Source: the human T2T-CHM13v2.0 reference genome, Homo sapiens. Taken from it: a stretch of DNA of 64,000 nucleotides. Within the stretch, counting starts at the first letter, position 1. Each line of letters starts with the position of its first letter. The stretch lies in assembly GCF_009914755.1 (NCBI RefSeq), contig NC_060928.1; one strand, 5' to 3'. The position numbers were made by a program, and so were the translations under genes. The notes under the pieces were generated by a model. The model saw only the letters and a list, made by a program, of their open reading frames with translations, did not search any database and was not told where the DNA came from. Below are positions 56,376-64,000 of the stretch, one piece after another.

Positions 56376-57132
56376 TCCTTTTTTATATAGTTAGTTTATC
56401 TTTCTTTAGATAATCTTCAACTATATTTCAAATTTCTGGTGTTTAGCATTGAGTTTTATACAATTTTTTGTATTCCTCATAATTCTAAATATTTTGCTCT
56501 TCACTTAGAAGTATTACTTTTTATTTTTTTCTTAAATAAATATAAGCAAAATAGGCTCAAATTGATGAGCTTTATATACATTCATGGCACAGAGTCAAGA
56601 TATAGGATTATAAACCCTCTTAGAAAAATTTTCTGTAATATAATATATATTTGAAAGAAATAGCTGTGAGAATTCAGCTACCCTACATAGTCATGCAAAG
56701 CAGACATACTGGCTTGCAGCCAGGTAGACCAAAATAACTATACTCTCAAACCTAATAACAACTGCCTGCATTCTTTACTAGAAATTCCTAAAGTGAAACA
56801 AAAAAAGTGTCAAACTATCATTTTATTTAGTGTTCTCCTTATGCAAAAACCAAATTCAAAGAAAAAGATAAATGTATAAATATATGTGAAGATTACCACA
56901 CTGATATAAAAACATGTTAAAGTAAAAATTAATGTGCTTTGTATTACATAGTCTTGCAATCATGAGTATTATGTATCATCAAACATAAGGCCATTTTACT
57001 AGGCAGTAATACCACAAGCAGAGAAAGCTCATATAAAAGAAAGCAGGAAAGTGGTGAAGACACATTCGACTATATCTACTTACTGATTTATCATCATATA
57101 GAAAAATTCTTGAAGGGTGAATATTCCGGATA

Positions 57133-57451
57133 CAGTCATGCACCACCTAACAATATTTTGTTCAGACTACATATACCCCATAAGATTATAATACTGTATA
57201 TTTACTGTAGCTTGTCTATGTTTAGTTACACAAATACCATTGTGTTACAATTGCCCAGAGTATGTAGTACAGTAACATGATGCACAGGTTTGTAACTTAG
57301 GAGCAACAGGCTATATCATATAGCCCAGGTGTGTAGTAGGCTATACCATCTGGGTTTGTGTAAGTACACTCTGTGATGTTTGTACAGTAACAAAATTGCC
57401 TAATGACACATTTCTCAGAACATATCCTCATTGCTAAGCAATGCTTCACTG
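57133..57451 (+). mobile_element. Tigger3a (MER7A) MITE
   Basis: TA|CAGTCATGCACCACCTAAC ... GCTAAGCAATGCTTCACTG|TA; TIRs and TA TSD. Confidence 0.9.
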
Positions 57452-57635
57452 TAGAAATTTTCTAAGGCATTATTTTGCAACAAACTAGATTTGCTTATGT
57501 ATGAATTACCCTATTAATATTTTTTGAAAGAAAATATTGGAGATGAATACATTTATGACACAGATCAAAGTGATGGTTTCACAGTTGTATACTTATATTC
57601 AAACATGTTAAGTTCTATACCTTAAATATGTACAG

Positions 57636-58006
57636 TGCTGCGGTCTGAATGTTTGTGTTTCTCCCCCTGCCCCAAATTTATATGTTAAAACTAAATCTTC
57701 AACGTAATGACACGTGGAAGTGGGGCCTTTGGGAGGTGATTGGCACATAAGGATGCAATCCACATCAATGGGTTTAGTGCTCTTATGAAAGAGGCCTCAG
57801 AGAGCTGCCCCGCCCCTTCCATCACATAAGCACACAGAGAGCAGGTAGCACACATGAACCAGAAAGCAGCCTTCACCAGACACCAAAGGTACCAGCGCCT
57901 TGATCTTGACTTCCCAGACTCTAGAAATCTAAGGAATAAATTTCTGTTCATTATAGGCTACCCAGTTTATGACATTTTGTTATAACAGTGCTAACAGTCC
58001 AAGACA
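57636..58006 (+). mobile_element. MLT1A0-like solo LTR inside an L1MC 3'-end fragment (~57535-58045)
   Basis: TGCTGCGGTCTGAATGTTTGTG...AATAAATTTCTGTT...CCAAGACA; 5-bp TSD TACAG/TACAA. Confidence 0.88.
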
Positions 58007-58614
58007 TACAAGGTTTTGTATGTTAATTATACCTTAATAACGTGATTTTTAAAAATAATTTCTTTTTGGGTCATATATTTCATCATAAATGTAACCTTTA
58101 GAAAGCATAGGTGGAAGTAGAATATTTTTGTATGTTACATGTAAATGTATTGGTGTGTAGTTGAAAAGTCTCCTCCAGGAGAAAGGTTCTTCTTGAGGAG
58201 TTGGGCTGATGATGAGGGAGGCAGGAAGCCAAGTAATGTGCCTCAAGCATATTATTAAGTTGTCCATAACAAGTCATGTCCACTATGAAATTTATAGAAG
58301 CTAGAAGCATGGCTAATCAAGAATCTAAGTGAATAGATGAAGAGGTGTATTTAACTGGAGAGCTAGAGACATCAGCGAATCATTGCTGATAGGTGGGATA
58401 TTGGAGTTCAATCTTTAAGAACGGATAGTTGTCACACAACAAGGGCAGGGAAAGAAGTGGCAAGAAACAAAGTAATATGAGGGAATTATATCCAGTTGTT
58501 ATGGCTCATGCTTATGGAAAAGTGCATATATATAAAACAAGAGAGGAGATAAAAGCTACTAGCTTTGGGCCAGTACAAAATGCTGAGGAATTTATTAAGT
58601 TTATAGAGTTGTTT

Positions 58615-59910
58615 GGATATTTTTATACCATATTTTTCTTTATCAATTTACCTCTTGACGGACACTTAGGTTAATTCCATATTGTGGCTATTGTGAATAA
58701 TGCTGAAATAAATGTAAAAGTGAAAACATCTCTTCTACATAATATTTTCACTTCCATTGGATATATACTCTGCAGTGGGATTGCTCAATCATATAGTAGT
58801 TCTATTTTTTTATTTTTTTGAGATCAATCATACTGTTTTGCATAATGCCTGTAGTAATTTACATTCCCAAGAAGAGTGCAAATGTTCTTGTGTCTCCACA
58901 TTCTCACCAACACTAATTTTTCATCTTTTCGATACTAACCATTCTAATGTGTGTGGTGATATCTCTTTGTTGTTTGAATTTGTATTTCCCTGACAATGAG
59001 GGCTGTTAAACACTTGTTCATACATCTATTGACCATTGTATGTCTTCTTTGGAGAAATATCTATCAGGTCCTTCGTTCATTTTTAATTGGGCTATTTATT
59101 TTCTTACTATTGAGTTCTTTGAGTTCCTTATATATTTTAGATATTAACTCTTTGTCAGAAAGGTGGTTTACAAATATTTTTCTCCTATTTACTCTGTTGA
59201 TTGTTCCCTTTGCTTTGCAGAATGTTTTTACTCTGATGCAACCTCATTTGTCTATTTTTGCCTGTTTTTGGGGTTTCATCCCAAAAGTTATTACATAGAC
59301 CAATGTCATGAAGTATTGTTTTCTTTTAGTAGTTTTACAGTTTTAGGTCTTAAGTTTTTAAGTCTTTAATCCATTTTGAGTTTATTTTTGTATGTGGTGT
59401 GAGATAAACGTCTAATTTCATTCCCTTGTGTGTAGATAAATGGTTTTTCTAACACCATTTTATAAGACTGTCCTTTCTCCATTATGTGTTCTTGACATCT
59501 TGTTGAAAATCAATTGATAATAAATGTGTGAATTTATTTCTGTATTCTCTATTCTGTTCCATTGGTTGATGCATCTGTTTTTTATTCTAGTAGCATGCTG
59601 TTTTGATTATTTTGGATTTGTAGTGTATTTTAAACTTAGGTGGTATGATGCCTCTGGCTTTTTTCTTTATGCTCAAGATTGCTTTAAGTATTCAGAATCT
59701 TTTATGCTTACATGTTAATTTTAAGCATGTTTTCTCAACTTCTATGAAAACTATCACAGGAATTATGATAGAGATTACATTGACTCTGTAGATCACTTTG
59801 GGTAGTATGGACATTTAAAAATGTTAATTTTTCCAAATGAACATTAAATATTATAGTTTTATTTACTTTTGTCATGAAATATAATTTCATGTACTTGTGC
59901 CTTCTTCAAT
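58615..59910 (-). mobile_element. L1MA/MB-like ORF2 3' fragment
   Basis: Antisense L1 text (GGACACTTAGGTTAATTCCATATTGTGGCTATTGTGAATAATGCTG...TTTGGGTAGTATGGACATTT). Confidence 0.8.
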
Positions 59911-60964
59911 TATAATTAGAAAAGTGACCTGATCAGGTTTGTCAACATATCTGTATTTCCTCCCAGGACAAGACTAAATTTTTTTAGGTAGACCAGAGAA
60001 ACAATGGCATCATGCATAGGAGAAATAATTTGTGTTTGCATCTGCAGGTAGATTAAGTTGCTCCTTAAAAAAATTAGAACCTTGGGGTTCCATGAAAATC
60101 TTTTAATAAAAGAACTATTTCAGTTTCAGAAAAGCCTTCTAAACTGATGTGTCATATTATGTTCCAGTTTCAACTATGGCTAAAACTTTCTCCTGAGTAA
60201 GAATAGTTGGAGGGACTCTGGAAAAAAAAATATTATTGTCAGTCATAATGAGGACCTAACTTACTATGTAATTAAATAAAATATTATGCCATTTTCATCT
60301 TGAAAAATTTCTTATTACTTTGAGTTACTTATTGAGCAATTAGCTGCCAATGAAAAATGTACACAGTATGGACTGCTAACACTAGAGGAAAAACAACAAT
60401 AAAAAACTCTTGAATATTACAAATGTGATGAAAAATGTACAAATAGTTTTTGGTGTAAGCAGATCAACACTCCCTATAACTGTGTTGATAAAATATTAGA
60501 TTGGAATGTCATATTAGACTTTATATGAAAAGCAAGACAATCCAACTTTACACAATCCTGTGATATATCAAAAGGATTATTTAACTGAAATTTTCACAAA
60601 AAATCATATAAAATAAAAGATATAATTTAATATGTTGGTGCATTATAAACAAAAGAGGATTTAAGTGTCTTTCATTATAACCTGATCCAAGGTAGGCTCT
60701 TAACAAATAACACCTTCATAATGCAAGCCTTTGTTGCTTCTCTGTCATGAGGAACACATCTACTAAATCTGTAATTCATCCTGGCTTCCATGGCTCTCCC
60801 TGTTATTATAGCCAAAATTGGAAATATCTATCCTTTAGATTTCTATTATTTGACCTATTAAGGAATTTATTTCTTATATCCCAATGAATCAAGTAAAATA
60901 CTCCACTTTCCACAGTGACAGCTTTTATAAATTAGCAATTTTCTGTATAAAAATGAACGCTAAT

Positions 60965-61190
60965 AGATTAATATAGCCTCTATAATGTAAAATTTGGGTC
61001 CACCATTTCTGGGTTCAAAATTTGGCATCGTAATTATTTGCTGTTAACCTTTGGCAAGTTGTTTAAGCTTATTGATATTGTCAATAAAAATAACAATATC
61101 TAACATGAGATATTTGGGAGGACTGCACAACCCTGTAATACTCTGGAAACAGTGTAATGCACATAGATGTAAACATTATCATAATTATCA
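60965..61190 (+). mobile_element. MIR fragment
   Basis: CTGGGTTCAAAATTTGGC...GCTGTTAACCTTTGGCAAGTTGTTTAAGCT. Confidence 0.6.
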
Positions 61191-61510
61191 TCATCATTTA
61201 TAAAGTATTTATCATGTATTGACAAACGTCTTCCTCCTCTTATTCAATGTCCTGAAGATAAAACAATAAACAGAAATAGATAAAACTACTTTCTTCATAA
61301 AACCTATATTTTACTAAGGAGGGAAAAAAGACAAAAAAAGAGAGCTATAATAAAATAAATACTATGTAAGCAAGTTAAAGGTACTCTGGAAAAAAATTAG
61401 TAGGAAACAAAGTAGGGATGTATGCATGTATGTATGGGTGCAATTCTAAATAGGGCAGCCCCACTGAAGTGACATTTAGAAAAAGATAAAACACAAATGA
61501 GTTAGCAAGC

Positions 61511-63849
61511 TATTATTGTTTGGCTCTGTGTCCCCACTGAAATCTCATGTGGAATTATAATCCCCATGTGTCAGGGGAGGTGCCTGGTGTGAGGTGATTA
61601 GATCATGGGGGTGGATTTCCCCTTGCTGTTCTCATGATAGTAAATTCTCACAAGATCTGATGGTTTAAATGTGTGTGGCATTTCTCCCTTTTCTCTCTCT
61701 CTTCTGTCACCATATAAGACGTGTCTTGCTTCCCTTTTGACTATGCTATGATTATAAATTTCCTGATGTCTCCTCAGACATGCAGAGCTGTAAGTCAATT
61801 AAACCTCTTTTCTTTATAAATTACTCAGTATCAGATAGTTATTTATAGCAGTGTGTAAATGAACTTATACAAAAAAATTGGTACCAAGATTTTGGGGCAC
61901 TGTTGTGAAGATACCTGAAAATGTGGAAGCAACTCTGGAACTCGGCAATGGGCAGATGTTGGAACAGTATGGAGGACTCAGAAGAACACAGAAAGATGTG
62001 GGAAAGTTTGAAACTTCCTACAGTCTTGTTGAATGGTTTTGACTAAAATGCAATATGAACAGAGAAGTCCAAGCTGAGGTGGTCTCAGATGGAGATGAGG
62101 AACTTATTTGGACTGAAGTAAAAGTCACTCTTGCTATGCTTTACAAAAGAGACTGGTGGCATTTTGCCCCCACCCTAGAGATCTGTGGAACTTTGAACTT
62201 CAGAGAGATAATTTAGGATATCTGACAGAAGAAATTCCTAAGCAACAAAGCATTCAAGATGTAACCTGGCTGTTTCTAAAAGTGTATGCTCATATGAGTG
62301 AAGAAAGAGATGGTCTGAAATTGGAACTTACATTTAAAAGGGAAGCAGAGCATAGACGTTTGAAAAATTTGAAGCCTGGACATGTGGTATGAAAGAAAAA
62401 AAAACCATTTTCCTGGGAGAAATTCAAGTTGGCTGCAGAAATTTACATAAGTAACGAGGAACCAAATGTTAATAGCCAAGACAATGGGGAAAACGTCTCT
62501 AGAGCATTTCGGAGATCTTCATGGCAGCCCCTCCCATTACAGGCCTGGAGTCCTAGGAGAGAAAAATGGTTTCCTGGGTCAATCCCAGAGCCCCAGTGTT
62601 CTGTGCAGCCTCTGGATGTGGCATTCTGCATCCCAGCCACTCCAGCTCCAGTTGTGCCTAAAAGGAACCAAGGTACATCTCAGACCATAGCTTCAGAGGT
62701 TGCAAGTCCCAAGCCTTGGCCGCTACCACATTGTCTTGGGCCTGCAGGTGCACAGAGGCAAGAACTGAGATTTGGGCACCTCCAGCTAGACTTCAGAGGA
62801 CGTATGGAAATGTCTGATGTCCAGGCAGAAGTCTGCTGCAAAGGTGGAGTCCTCATGGATAATCTCTACTAGGGCTATGCAAAGGGGAAATGTGGAGTTG
62901 GAGCTCCCACACAGAGTTCCCACTGATGCACTACCTAGTGGAGTTGTGAGAAGAGGGCCACCATCTTCCAGACCACAGAATGGTAGATCTGCCAACAGCT
63001 TGCGCCATGCGCCTGGAAAAGCCACAGGCACTCAACACTGGCCCATGAAAGAAGCCACAGAGTCTGTACCCTGCAGAGTCACAAGGGCAGAGCTGTCCAT
63101 GGCCTTGGGAGCTTACCTCTTACATAAGTGTGCCCTGGATGTGAGACATGGAGTCAAAGGAGCTTTATTTTAGAAGTGTAAGATTTAATGACTGCCCTGC
63201 TGTGTTTTGAACTTCCATAGGGCCTGTAGCACCTCTGTTTTGGCCAATTTCTCCCTTTGGGAATGGGAGCATTTACCAAGATACCATTGTATCTTGGAAG
63301 TAACTCACTCGTTTTTTATTTTACAGGTTCATAGGCAGAAGGGACTTACCTTGTCTCTGATGAGACTTTGGACTGTTGACTTTTGAGTTAATGCTAGAAT
63401 GAGTTAAGACTTTGGGGGACTGTTGGGAAGACATGACTGGTTTTGAAATGTGAAAAGAACATGAGCTCTGGGAGAGGTCAGGGTCAGAATGCTATGGCTT
63501 GGCTCTGTGTCCCTACCCAAATCTCATGTTGAATTGTAATCCCCACATCAGGGGAGGGGTTTGGTGGGAGGTGATTGTATCACGGGGGCAGTTTTCACCC
63601 TTGCTGTTCTCATGATAGCAAGTTCTCATGAGATCTGAGGTTCAAACATGTATGGCACTTCACACTTCACTCTGTCTCTACTGCCACCATGTAAGATATG
63701 ACTTGCTTCCCCTTTGCCAACTGCCATTATTGTAAGTTTCCTGAGGCCTTTTCAGCCATGTGGAACTGTGAGTCAATTAAACCTCTTTTCTTTATAAATT
63801 AACCAATCTCAGGTAGCTCTTTATAGCAGTGTCAAAATGGATTAATATG
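61511..63849 (+). mobile_element. Complete MaLR provirus (MSTA/THE1D-type): 5' LTR 61511-61871, internal 61872-63489, 3' LTR 63490-63849
   Basis: Two ~360-bp direct LTRs, AATTGGTACC PBS-like site, purine tract before the 3' LTR, perfect TSD CAAGC at 61506-61510 and 63850-63854. Confidence 0.93.
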
Positions 63850-63860
63850 CAAGCCAACAA

Positions 63861-64000
63861 TATTAGTCTGTCCTCATGCTGCTAATAAAGGAATACCTGA
63901 GACTGGGTAATTTATAAAGGAAAGAGGTTTAATGGACTCACAGTTCCACATGGCTGGGGAGGCCTCACAATCTTGGCAGAAGAAGAAAGAAGAGAAAAGT
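63861..64000 (-). mobile_element. THE1B/C-like LTR 3' end (runs off the window)
   Basis: TATTAGTCTGTCCTCATGCTGCTAATAAAG...GAGACTGGGTAATTTATAAAGGAAAGAGGTTTAATGGACTCACAGTTCCACATGGCTGGGGAGGCCTCACAATC. Confidence 0.9.

Noticed and set aside
62156-63173. MaLR internal ORFs as a domesticated gag-like gene
   Set aside because: Fragmented over several frames with stops, as expected for a decayed MaLR internal region.

Overview
This is primate (most likely human) genomic DNA from an AT-rich, CpG-poor, gene-poor region. Well over half of it is transposable-element sequence. I see no host protein-coding gene, RNA gene, CpG island or CRISPR array; every long ORF in the track is a broken L1 ORF1/ORF2, Tigger1 transposase, Alu or MaLR frame. 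Main contents: a nested ERV1/ERVL LTR cluster (0.6-5.1 kb); a full-length dead L1PA6-like element with TSD (7.2-13.4 kb, -); a 5'-truncated L1PA3-like copy; a rearranged L1PA7-like element inside an old L1MD-like element; nine Alus; an LTR16 plus ERV3-16A3-like internal segment; Tigger1 and Tigger3a; an L1PB1-like element inside an MLT1E LTR; and a complete MSTA/THE1D-type MaLR provirus abutting an inverted THE1 LTR. Subfamily names come from remembered consensus sequences, not a RepeatMasker run, and boundaries of old elements are approximate. I cannot support a new biological system here. The best leads are an ORF0-homologous antisense frame broken by one stop, a probable L1 3' transduction of MER2 sequence, an L1 insertion with target-site deletion, near-coincident RT-core deletions in separate L1s, a perfect 48-bp AT palindrome, and a tail-to-tail LTR inverted repeat.
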